The notes below the pieces were generated by a model, which was given only the letters and a program-made list of their open reading frames with translations, was not told where the DNA came from and did no database searches. A stretch of DNA of 63,457 bases, filler included, from Nitrospinota bacterium (GTDB lineage Bacteria; JADFOP01), in NCBI GenBank assembly GCA_022562795.1. It is 7 parts of 7 records of this genome, joined end to end, with 100 filler letters (N's around TTAATTAATTAA, not from the genome) between each part and the next. Parts side by side here need not be neighbours in the genome. Positions count along the whole stretch, not along the records: positions 39,276 to 59,965 come from JADFOP010000001.1; 6 more parts are not named here. One strand, written 5' to 3'. Made by a program: the position numbers and the translations under genes. Shown here one piece after another: positions 39,276 through 47,996 of the stretch. Position 1 is the stretch's first letter, and the number at the start of each line of letters is the position of its first letter.

Positions 39276-39598
39276 TCATAGAGCCTCTCAGGTAATGTTA
39301 ACATCATTTGATTAAGGACCTGTTGCTGATTTTGTCGTATTTTTTGCAAATCACGATTCGGCAATCGGGAGTCATCCTCCACCGAGGCCAGCTCTCGTTC
39401 CAAATCCCTGATGTATCGCTCAACCTCTGGTTGAGATGAAATAACGCTTCCTTGCTCGACCACAACCTGTCCATTAGTCTCCGACTTCAAACTAAAATCC
39501 TTGCGGTGGAGCACCTGCGAGGTCTCTTTCCTATTCTCGTTCGAAAGCATTCCGCCAGCTAGAGTTAGTTCATCACGAATGGTTTCCTTCAAATTCAT
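39276..39598 (-). CDS. hypothetical protein fragment (AT-richer DNA)
   Basis: Open frame MNLKETIRDE... running to the contig end. Confidence 0.45.
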
Positions 39599-39647
39599 AG
39601 TGGGCGAGTACCTTGTGGTAGCCAAATATGCCTGAGGTCCGAGTGTC

Positions 39648-41315
39648 TTAGTACATCTGCATTGCGGTGAAGGGATAGAATGCAATTTGGTAGAACCAAC
39701 AAAAGAACAGAACGGTGGCCGAGGCGGAGACCACAAGCGGGTAGCGGAGCCCCCCGAGGATATTTTTGCCACTTCGAACGATAGTTAATCCACTTGCGCT
39801 TGAGGGCTCAGTTGGGCATAGGGCATCGCATTGATGGAGCTTGAAGCGGTTTCGGGCGACGGACCGATAAGCCGACCCGCCGAGCGAGGCGGCCCCCGGT
39901 AAAAAGAGCCACGGGGCAAGGGGCCAGAGAGCCGGGAGTTTCAGTGTGATGACCCTATAGCCGAAGAACCCTCTATAGGCCCGCCCCCGCGAAACGACGT
40001 ACATCTCCTCTTCGAGATCGTCCAGCGTAAGGCCGAGGTCATGCTGGCGGTTGTATGCTCTGAGGTCGAGGCGACGAAAGTCTACAAACTCAAGCCGATT
40101 AAAGAGGTCAAGACGGGCAAGGAGACGGACGGACCTCTGGCAGAATGGACACAGCCCGTCGTAGAGCACCTCTATGGGGTTGCGGCGGGCTGCCAGCCAG
40201 CGCCCGACGGCCTTTCGGATTCGAGTCCAGTCGAAGAAGACAACTTGCAGGATGATTAGGTCTAAGAATAAGATATTCATTAGAAAAAAGATGCCGATCT
40301 GCACCATCATTATTAGGACGGGCAACGTCAGGCGGGCGATGCGGGAGAATAAGACGGCTACAAAGAGCAATTCGGTGAGGATAATAGTTAGGCCAAAAAA
40401 CGCGACGAGGGTGTCTGGGGCCGAGGTCGGGTGCAGCGCCAAACCCCAGTCATACCACGTTTGTTGGAAGGTCCCTCCGAAAAGGATGGCCTTTGTGTTG
40501 GTAGCATTCCACCAATATAGACCTCCGTTGAAAAGCTTGCTCAGACCTGCTGCCGTGTAAGGCAGGGCAACCACCACCCAACAGGCGTACCGAGACCAGC
40601 CGTAGACCGGCGAGGCGCGCTCAGAGTCTGGAACGGGCCGACCTTTATAAACCTTCCGGAGATGATCGACCGACCACCCGTCGGCGCAGGGGAGCAACGA
40701 TAGAAGCACCATCAAGTAGAGCGGGATCAACCCGATGTGGTAAAAAATGATATGCTGGCGAAGGATGCCGCCCTCCAGAAAGTAAAAGAACGCTCCCAGA
40801 GGAATCATGAGACGAGTACGCCAACCGATCATCCCAAGGAAAAGGGTCAGCGCCGTCACCCATTTGAAAGCCCACAGGCTGGCCTCGCTCAATAGGAACT
40901 GATCGAATCCGATGGGAAGAGCGTAAAAGAGCTGCAGCAGACCCATCGGCAGGCGCATCTCGCTTGGGAGCAGGGCGCTGCTGGCCAAATCACGGATAAG
41001 GGTGTCTCCGAGAAGAATCGCGCACGTCAGCACCCTGATCGCGCCGAGGGAGCCCGGCGTGGCTTCCCCCACAAACCTGCGGAAGAATGCCGGCATCGTC
41101 GTCACCAAGGCAACCAGCCCGAACCCGATTACGACCAGCACGCTTGCTTGGATATAGACGTGCCAACTTTGGAGTATCTCGTTGGTTACCCCAAAAATAT
41201 CAAGGGCGGTCCATATGCACCCCAGGAAGAGGAGCACAAATCCCAGCCGGAATCGGACCCGGTGAAGCCAAAGGGGGGATTTAGTCTCAGAACTGAATGC
41301 TATCTGGTCATCCAT
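39648..41315 (-). CDS. HTTM-like membrane domain fused to a DCC1/DUF393 thiol-disulfide domain, probably C-terminally truncated
   Basis: Many TM helices, AGLSKL, then VLYDGLCPFC. Confidence 0.8.
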   Translation of the reverse strand: MDDQIAFSSETKSPLWLHRVRFRLGFVLLFLGCIWTALDIFGVTNEILQSWHVYIQASVLVVIGFGLVALVTTMPAFFRRFVGEATPGSLGAIRVLTCAILLGDTLIRDLASSALLPSEMRLPMGLLQLFYALPIGFDQFLLSEASLWAFKWVTALTLFLGMIGWRTRLMIPLGAFFYFLEGGILRQHIIFYHIGLIPLYLMVLLSLLPCADGWSVDHLRKVYKGRPVPDSERASPVYGWSRYACWVVVALPYTAAGLSKLFNGGLYWWNATNTKAILFGGTFQQTWYDWGLALHPTSAPDTLVAFFGLTIILTELLFVAVLFSRIARLTLPVLIMMVQIGIFFLMNILFLDLIILQVVFFDWTRIRKAVGRWLAARRNPIEVLYDGLCPFCQRSVRLLARLDLFNRLEFVDFRRLDLRAYNRQHDLGLTLDDLEEEMYVVSRGRAYRGFFGYRVITLKLPALWPLAPWLFLPGAASLGGSAYRSVARNRFKLHQCDALCPTEPSSASGLTIVRSGKNILGGLRYPLVVSASATVLFFCWFYQIAFYPFTAMQMY

Positions 41316-41496
41316 CCAATGAGCCCTTGAGCGCTACGGTCCGCATCTAGAGACCCCATGGAATGGTGTCCTATAGAAGCAGAACCACTTGGGGTGGCCT
41401 CCATACAGGAATCGGCTCCATTGTAACCGGTAGCAATTAAAAGGGCAAAAGATGTTTCGGAGGGGTCGGGTTGAAGTGGCGCGGCAGGACTTCCCC

Positions 41497-41985
41497 TCAA
41501 AATTCTATGGCGATGGCCGACAGAAACAGGACGAAGAGCCCGCCGACCAGCACGACGGCGTTGAGCTGGACGCTTTGGGCGTGGAGGCGGTTGAAGGCCA
41601 CCTTGAGCAACAGCGACGGTGCGATGGAGGGGCCGGATGCAGCGGCGCGCATCTCGGCTTTCGCCTGATGCACCTTCGGTTGAACGACGAAGCCGGCGTA
41701 GAGGTTGGCCGCAAGCATGACGACCAGCAGGGCGCCCATTGTGCCGGTGCGTAACGTCCAGCCTCCTGAGAAGCCGACGGCGGCAAGCAGCGACACGAGT
41801 GCCACGGCCCCTAAGATGTGGCCCGTCCAGTAATAGACCGGCAGGAGTGCGCCCACCACATCTCCGGCCTGTTGTTGGGGTAGCGTGCGAAAAATGATCG
41901 GAGCAGCCACGAAGGAGAAGAAGGTCACAGTACCGAGCCAGATGCTCACGCTCAAAAGGTGGAGCGCCCTCGCCAGATAGCTCAA
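41497..41985 (-). CDS. DUF4149/TMEM205-like membrane protein
   Basis: WLGTVTFFSFVAAPIIF..., FNRLHAQSVQLN; AGGAGG RBS before TTG 41985. Confidence 0.82.
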   Translation of the reverse strand: MSYLARALHLLSVSIWLGTVTFFSFVAAPIIFRTLPQQQAGDVVGALLPVYYWTGHILGAVALVSLLAAVGFSGGWTLRTGTMGALLVVMLAANLYAGFVVQPKVHQAKAEMRAAASGPSIAPSLLLKVAFNRLHAQSVQLNAVVLVGGLFVLFLSAIAIEF

Positions 41986-42029
41986 TGGGTCGTGCCTCCT
42001 TCGAGGGCCTCTCTCATAGTGACCGCTCC

Positions 42030-43322
42030 TTACGGGCGGAATTTCCCGATGATGAGGGTGCAGTTGGAGCCGCCGAAGCCGAATGAGTTGGAAAGCGCCG
42101 TGGCGATGGGCTGGGGCCTGGCGACGTTGGGCACGTAGTCGAGGTCGCACTCCGGGTCGGGGGTCTCGTAGTTGATGGTGGGCGGCGCTATCCCTTCCTC
42201 GATGGCCGAAAGGCACGCAAGCAGCTCCACAGCCCCTGCGGCGGAGATGAGGTGTCCGATCTGGCTCTTGGTCGAGGAGACGGGCAGGCGGTCGGCGTGC
42301 CCCCCGAAGACGGTCCTCAAGGCCCGGGTTTCGGAGGAGTCGTTCATCCGGGTCGAGGTGCCGTGGGCGTTTACGTAGTCCACAGCATGAGGGGGAATGC
42401 CGGCGTCCTCCAGGCTCAAGCGCATGGAGACGACCGCGCCTGAGCCGTCGGGAGGGATGTCGGTTATGCGGTAGGCGTTGGAAGAGGAGCCGTAGCCGAG
42501 GACTTCGGCGCGTATGGGCGCCCCTCGGGCCAGGGCGTGCTCCAATGCCTCGATGACCACGATGCCCGCCCCCTCGCCTAGGACGAATCCGTCTCGGTGG
42601 AGGTCGAAGGGCCTGCTCGCGCGGGTCGGCTCGTCGTTGCGGGTCGAGAGGGTCTGAAGGAGGCAGAAGCCGGTGAGGGAGACCTCGTCGATCATGGAGT
42701 CGACACCGCCGGAGATGGCCAGGTCGAGGTCGCCCCGGCGGATGATGTTGAAGGCGTCCCCAATGGCCTGGCTAGAGGCGCAGGCTGAATGGACGGTCAG
42801 GTTGAGGCCCAAGGCGTTGTATGCGATAGCCAACAGGCTGGCGGTCAGGTTGAGCTGGCTTTTGATAAGGTTGTTGGGGTTGGCCACCCGCCAGCCTTGG
42901 GCGCCGAGCGCCGCGTAGTCCACGCTGTGGGTCTGGCCGAAGAGCCGGACGAACTCAGCCAGTTCGGGCAGGTTGTACTTCTCCTGGCCGGCTCCCATGA
43001 CGACCCCGAAGCGGGTCGGCTCTAGGGCGGCGGGGTTGAGCTTGGCGTCGTCGACGGCCTGGCGGGCCGCCGCCAAGCCGAAGGTGGTGAGGCGGTTGAC
43101 GAACTTGGAGTATTTTTTGTGGGGCAGGTATGGCACGGGGTCGAAGTCTTTCACCTCGGCCGCAATGGACGCGGGGAAGGTGGAGGCGTCGAAGAGGGTG
43201 ATGGGGCCGACCCCGCTGGCCCCGCTGACTATGCCTGACCAGGTGGTGGGCCAATCGTTGCCTAGGGGGGTGACCGCCCCGACCCCAGTGATGACCACCC
43301 GACGAGGGCGCCCTTCGCTCAC
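42030..43322 (-). CDS. fabF: beta-ketoacyl-ACP synthase II family
   Basis: RRVVITG, SACA (catalytic Cys), NAHGTST, KSQIGH, SFGFGG. Confidence 0.9.
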   Translation of the reverse strand: MSEGRPRRVVITGVGAVTPLGNDWPTTWSGIVSGASGVGPITLFDASTFPASIAAEVKDFDPVPYLPHKKYSKFVNRLTTFGLAAARQAVDDAKLNPAALEPTRFGVVMGAGQEKYNLPELAEFVRLFGQTHSVDYAALGAQGWRVANPNNLIKSQLNLTASLLAIAYNALGLNLTVHSACASSQAIGDAFNIIRRGDLDLAISGGVDSMIDEVSLTGFCLLQTLSTRNDEPTRASRPFDLHRDGFVLGEGAGIVVIEALEHALARGAPIRAEVLGYGSSSNAYRITDIPPDGSGAVVSMRLSLEDAGIPPHAVDYVNAHGTSTRMNDSSETRALRTVFGGHADRLPVSSTKSQIGHLISAAGAVELLACLSAIEEGIAPPTINYETPDPECDLDYVPNVARPQPIATALSNSFGFGGSNCTLIIGKFRP

Positions 43323-43447
43323 GCTCCTGCTCCTTTGGGCCGCTTGGCGGCCCGGTTGCCCATCGGCCCCGGCCTGCCCGCCCCCGCCTGACCAACGTCT
43401 GAGAGGATATCAGGAGGACGGGTGGCGAGGAGTTTCACTGCGGCATG

Positions 43448-43849
43448 CTAGAGGCGTCCTCGCTCGTTTAGCTTCACCAGGACAATGTTGTAGAAGGTCT
43501 CCACTGTGAAGAGCCTTGGGATGTCCTTGGCCGCCAGGCCGTCCTTGAAGTGGATGGGGTCGATTTCGGGCATGACACCTCGGAGGGCCTCTAAGCCCTC
43601 GGATGTGATCATCCCGTCCTTCTCGAACTCCTCATCGGAGAGCCCCCCTCGGGCGTTCCGCTCGATTTCGCCCCGCGGAATCTTGATGCCGAAGGACCGC
43701 TCCATTCGAAAGACGATATCCAGAAAATCAAGGCTCTCGGCGTCCAGCTCTTCGATCAGCCGGGTCTTAAGCTCCACCTCCTCTTCGTCCACCCCAAGGG
43801 CTTCTACGATAATCGCCCTCATCTCATCAAAGACCTGGTCTCTATCCAT
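43448..43849 (-). CDS. extended acyl carrier protein
   Basis: LDAESLDFLDIVF phosphopantetheine site; 133 aa. Confidence 0.88.
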   Translation of the reverse strand: MDRDQVFDEMRAIIVEALGVDEEEVELKTRLIEELDAESLDFLDIVFRMERSFGIKIPRGEIERNARGGLSDEEFEKDGMITSEGLEALRGVMPEIDPIHFKDGLAAKDIPRLFTVETFYNIVLVKLNERGRL

Positions 43850-43958
43850 AGGTAAATGTCCCTCTCTTGCAGCAGTCCCCGCAGCGATCGATCAGATTCC
43901 CTGGTTGTGTGCTCCAGGAGCGCTCCAGCGATTGGTTTCCTTTCCCCTGCCGGGGGTT

Positions 43959-44705
43959 CTAGAGGCGCAGCCCTCCGTCGACGTGAATCACCTGGCCGGT
44001 GATGTAACTGGCCTCGTCTGAGGCGAGAAAGACGACCACACGGGCCACCTCCTCTGGCATTCCAAAGCGCCTAAGAGCAATGTCCTTGAGTATTTTGTCA
44101 CCCCCGATGCTTCGAGCCTCACGGCTCATGTCGGTTTCGATCATGCCCGGCGCCACGGCGTTGACCGTGATGCCCTTGGGCGCAAGCTCTACTGCGCAGG
44201 CCCTGGTGAAAGCCTCGATGGCTCCCTTACTGGCTGCGTAATTCGTCTGACCCCGACCACCACGAGAGGCGGCGGCCGAGGAGAGGTTGATGATGCGACC
44301 GGCCTTCTGGAGGATCATGGGTTCAGCCACCACCTGGGTGAAGTTGTAGGCTCCTCCCAAGTTGGTGGACAGCACGTCCTCCCAATCATCCGGCTCCATC
44401 GCCAACAAGAGCTGGTCTCGAATGATCCCAGCGTTGTTGACGAGGACGTCGATCCTATCGAAGGCCTCAATGGCCGCTTCTACGGCGGACTCGACCTGGG
44501 ACCTGTCGGTGCCATCGGCCATAATGGCGAGGCACTCGGCCCCCGATGCCCGAACTGCCGCGACGGTCGCCTCAGCAGCAATTGTGTCGGCCCGGTAGGT
44601 AAAGGCCACCCGGGCCCCCTCGACGGCAGCCAACTCTACGCAGGACCGGCCAATGCCTCTGGAGCCGCCGGTGACTAGAACCGCCCGCCCCGCCAGTCGT
44701 CCCAT
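43959..44705 (-). CDS. fabG: 3-oxoacyl-ACP reductase family SDR
   Basis: TGGSRGIG, NNAG, YAASK. Confidence 0.88.
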   Translation of the reverse strand: MGRLAGRAVLVTGGSRGIGRSCVELAAVEGARVAFTYRADTIAAEATVAAVRASGAECLAIMADGTDRSQVESAVEAAIEAFDRIDVLVNNAGIIRDQLLLAMEPDDWEDVLSTNLGGAYNFTQVVAEPMILQKAGRIINLSSAAASRGGRGQTNYAASKGAIEAFTRACAVELAPKGITVNAVAPGMIETDMSREARSIGGDKILKDIALRRFGMPEEVARVVVFLASDEASYITGQVIHVDGGLRL

Positions 44706-44920
44706 AACCCTTCCACATTCAGTATGCTACCGCCATAATAGAGCAAAATTTAAGGCAAATTGTAACAAAGATACCTAGGCCTTTCAAGCGGAAAATCTCC
44801 TCAAGCGCAAAGAGGAGCCCTCCTGCGCATTGACCCCGCAGAGGCCCGTATGGTAAAGAGAGGAAAACCCTGCCACTTAGCGGCTGGAGCCCTTCGTCCC
44901 CTCTCCATAGGAGAAACCCG

Positions 44921-46042
44921 ATGGCAGCGTCGAGACTCCGGGTGGCGGTCCTCTTTGGCGGCCGCTCGGGCGAGCATGAGGTCAGCCTGTCCAGCGCCCG
45001 CTCCGTCATCGCCGCCCTCAATCCAGCCAAGTACGAGATCATCCCTATTGGCATCACTCCGGCGGGTCGCTGGTTCGCCGAAGGAGATCCCCTGGAGGCG
45101 TTGGCGAGCGGGGAGTCGCCAGACCCAGAGGGGTTGACCCTCATACCCGGGGACCCGACCGTTAAGGGCCTTTTAACACTTGCGGGCGCCGACCACAAAT
45201 CTACGACCATCCCCATCGACGTTGTTTTTCCCGTCCTCCACGGCCCCTATGGCGAGGACGGCACGGTCCAGGGCCTGCTGGAGCTGGCCGGCCTGCCCTA
45301 TGTCGGGGGCGGGGTGACCGCCAGCGCCGCAGGGATGGATAAGGCCATTATGAAGGCCTGCTTCGCCGCTGCGGGCCTTCCACTCCTGCCGTCCCGGGAG
45401 TACAAGCGGAAGCGCTGGGAGGCCGAGCGGGTGGAGATACTCGACGAGGTGGAAGCTGCCTTCGACTACCCCATCTTCGTCAAGCCGACCAACCTGGGAA
45501 GCTCCGTGGGGATCTCCAAGGCCAAGGACCGGCCGGGCCTCGAGCAGGCCATTGACGTGGCCGCCCAGTACGATAGGAAGCTCATCATCGAGCAGGGCAT
45601 CGAGTGCCGGGAGCTGGAGTGCAGCGTCCTTGGAAATGACGAGCCGATTGCCAGCGTGGTCGGGGAGGTTATCACCACCCGGGAGTTCTACGACTACGAG
45701 GCCAAATACTTCCCTGGCGGGTGCGAGCTCATCATCCCGGCCGAGATTGATGAGGCGGTGGACGAAACGGTGCGGGATTACGCTCTCAGGGCCTTCATCG
45801 CCGTCGATTGCGCGGGGCTCGGTCGGGTCGACATGCTCATGGAGCGGGCTACGGGTCAGGTCTACGTCAACGAAATCAACACAATTCCCGGCTTTACGGC
45901 CACCAGCGCATACCCCAAGCTCTTTGAAGCGGCCGGCATCGGCTACGGTGAGCTAGTCGACCGTCTCATTGAGCTCGCCCTGGAACGCCACGCCGACAAG
46001 GCCCGCTCCAAGACGACCTTCCGTCCGGGGGAGGACGCTTAG
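44921..46042 (+). CDS. ddl: D-alanine--D-alanine ligase
   Basis: GGRSGEHEVS, LHGPYGEDG, GSSVG, NEINTIPG. Confidence 0.96.
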   Translation: MAASRLRVAVLFGGRSGEHEVSLSSARSVIAALNPAKYEIIPIGITPAGRWFAEGDPLEALASGESPDPEGLTLIPGDPTVKGLLTLAGADHKSTTIPIDVVFPVLHGPYGEDGTVQGLLELAGLPYVGGGVTASAAGMDKAIMKACFAAAGLPLLPSREYKRKRWEAERVEILDEVEAAFDYPIFVKPTNLGSSVGISKAKDRPGLEQAIDVAAQYDRKLIIEQGIECRELECSVLGNDEPIASVVGEVITTREFYDYEAKYFPGGCELIIPAEIDEAVDETVRDYALRAFIAVDCAGLGRVDMLMERATGQVYVNEINTIPGFTATSAYPKLFEAAGIGYGELVDRLIELALERHADKARSKTTFRPGEDA

Positions 46043-46111
46043 GTGTCTTGTCGCTGCCGAGGGGTGGACCTCATGGGCGCTGTCCCCATGGAACTGCTCC
46101 AGATATAACGA

Positions 46112-47479
46112 TTGGCCGTGGAGCTCGCCCTCAAGCACCTTAAGAAGAATCGCCGGGCATTCGTCCAAGACCTCGCAAATTTCGTCGCCTTCCCATCCGT
46201 CTCGACCGACCCGGACTACGAGGAATCGCTCACCCTCTGTCGCCTCTTCCTGGAAGAACACCTCCGCCAGCTGGGTCTGTCCGCCCACGTGCTCGAGACC
46301 GGCGGAATCCCTGCGCTTTTCGCCGAGGCCCCGGGCCCCCCTGACTCACCGACGGTCCTCATCTACGGCCACTACGACGTCCAGCCCGCCCGGCTCGAGG
46401 ACGGCTGGGACTCAGACCCCTTCACCCTCACCGAAGCCGACGGACGGTGGTTCGCCCGAGGGGTGAGCGACAACAAGGGCCCGGCCATGGCTTTGATCAA
46501 GGCCGTTGAGTGCTGTCTTGAGGGGGAGGGGCTGCCGGTTGGGGTGAAGTTCCTCATCGAGGGGGAGGAGGAGATTGCCTCGAAGAACCTGGAAGGGTGC
46601 CTCGTCAGGCACAAGGAGCTCCTGCGGGCAGACAGTGTCCTCATTTCCGACAGTATGTGGGTGGCTCCTGGGACCCCGTCGCTCTGCTACGCACTTAGGG
46701 GGATCGTCTACGCTTACATCACCGTCGCCGGCCCCGCTGTCGATATCCACTCGGGCGTTCACGGAGGCGTGGTGGCCAACCCGCACGTGCGGCTCTCCCA
46801 TCTGCTGGCTACCATCGCCAAACCCGACGGCTCGGTGGCCATCGACGGCTTCTACGACCAGGTCCGCCCCCTCAGCGAGGCCGAGCGGGAGCAATTCGCT
46901 CAGGTGCCTCTCGATGTGGCGGCCTACCGGGAGCGGCTCGGTGTGGAATCACTTCTCGTTGAGGATAAAGTTGAGGTGCTCGCACGCCGATGGGCCGAGC
47001 CCACCTTTGAGGTCCACGGCATCACCGGCGGCTATACGGGCCCCGGGGCCAAGACAATCGTCCCAGCCTTCGCTGAGGCCAAGGTGAGCATGCGCCTGGT
47101 GCCGGACCAGGAACCTGAAGTCCTCATCGCCGCCCTGGTGGACCACGTGGCCCGCAATTGCCCTGAGGCTACCATCCAGCTCGACAGTGCCGCCCCTCCC
47201 TTCGTGGCTGAAACGACCGGCCCTCACTACCAGGCCGCCCGCAACGCCATGAGGGTAGGATTCGGCGCCGATCCGCTCTTGATTCGCGAGGGCGGCTCTA
47301 TCCCGGCGGCACTCTTGCTCAAGGAGCACCTCGACGCCCCTGTCGTGCTGATCCCAATATGTGCGGCCGACGACAACCCACACTCGCCCAACGAAAAATT
47401 TGAGGCCGCCCACTTCGAAGGCGGCATCCGGACCTTCATCGCATACCTGCACGAGCTGGCTAGCACAATCCGGGCCTAA
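46112..47479 (+). CDS. M20 family dipeptidase
   Basis: YGHYDVQP, ARGVSDNKG, EGEEE, HSPNE. Confidence 0.92.
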   Translation: MAVELALKHLKKNRRAFVQDLANFVAFPSVSTDPDYEESLTLCRLFLEEHLRQLGLSAHVLETGGIPALFAEAPGPPDSPTVLIYGHYDVQPARLEDGWDSDPFTLTEADGRWFARGVSDNKGPAMALIKAVECCLEGEGLPVGVKFLIEGEEEIASKNLEGCLVRHKELLRADSVLISDSMWVAPGTPSLCYALRGIVYAYITVAGPAVDIHSGVHGGVVANPHVRLSHLLATIAKPDGSVAIDGFYDQVRPLSEAEREQFAQVPLDVAAYRERLGVESLLVEDKVEVLARRWAEPTFEVHGITGGYTGPGAKTIVPAFAEAKVSMRLVPDQEPEVLIAALVDHVARNCPEATIQLDSAAPPFVAETTGPHYQAARNAMRVGFGADPLLIREGGSIPAALLLKEHLDAPVVLIPICAADDNPHSPNEKFEAAHFEGGIRTFIAYLHELASTIRA

Positions 47480-47587
47480 GGCGGGGAAAGGCCGCTCCCC
47501 TCTCCCGTGGTCGTTGAGCGACCATCGGAGGAGGGGAGGTCTAGGTGGGGGGACTAAGCGCCTCTTTGTGGGAGGGTGGGGTAAGGG

Positions 47588-47794
47588 TCAGTGTTCCTTG
47601 AGACGCTGGGTTGGGCTGCAGAGCGTCCGCAAGTATTCCTCGCATTCCTGGCGGCCCCAGTTGGGGCGGCTGATCTTGATGACCCGGAGCATCCGGGCGT
47701 CAGCCAGGAGGTGCTCATGTAAACTCTCTACCGGCACCATGGTGCTGCATATCTTACACTCGGCTAATCTAGAAGGGTAAGTGAGAAGGGGCAT
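47588..47794 (-). CDS. small Cys/His protein, possibly zinc-binding
   Basis: CKIC...HEH...C; AGGAGG RBS and sigma54 promoter upstream. Confidence 0.65.
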   Translation of the reverse strand: MPLLTYPSRLAECKICSTMVPVESLHEHLLADARMLRVIKISRPNWGRQECEEYLRTLCSPTQRLKEH

Positions 47795-47852
47795 TGCGAC
47801 CTCCTTGCCCTACAGTACCCAGGACATTACTTATGCTTAACATAAATTTGAC

Positions 47853-47962
47853 AGCAAGACCCGTGCCATCTTCTAACTTCTGCAAAATCAAGCATGTTTG
47901 TTGGTTAATGTCTATTATTAGTGCGTCAAAAATGCGACGGTTGCGTCATCTAAATGACGCAC
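47853..47962 (-). promoter_or_regulatory. sigma54 promoter with upstream activator palindromes
   Basis: TGGCAC-GGGTC-TTGCT (47868-47853); TGCGTCA-N6-TGACGCA at about 47942-47961 plus a degenerate copy at about 47922. Confidence 0.75.
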
Positions 47963-47996
47963 CTGGTCGAAGGGGATGGGAAGGCGTTTCTTCGGT

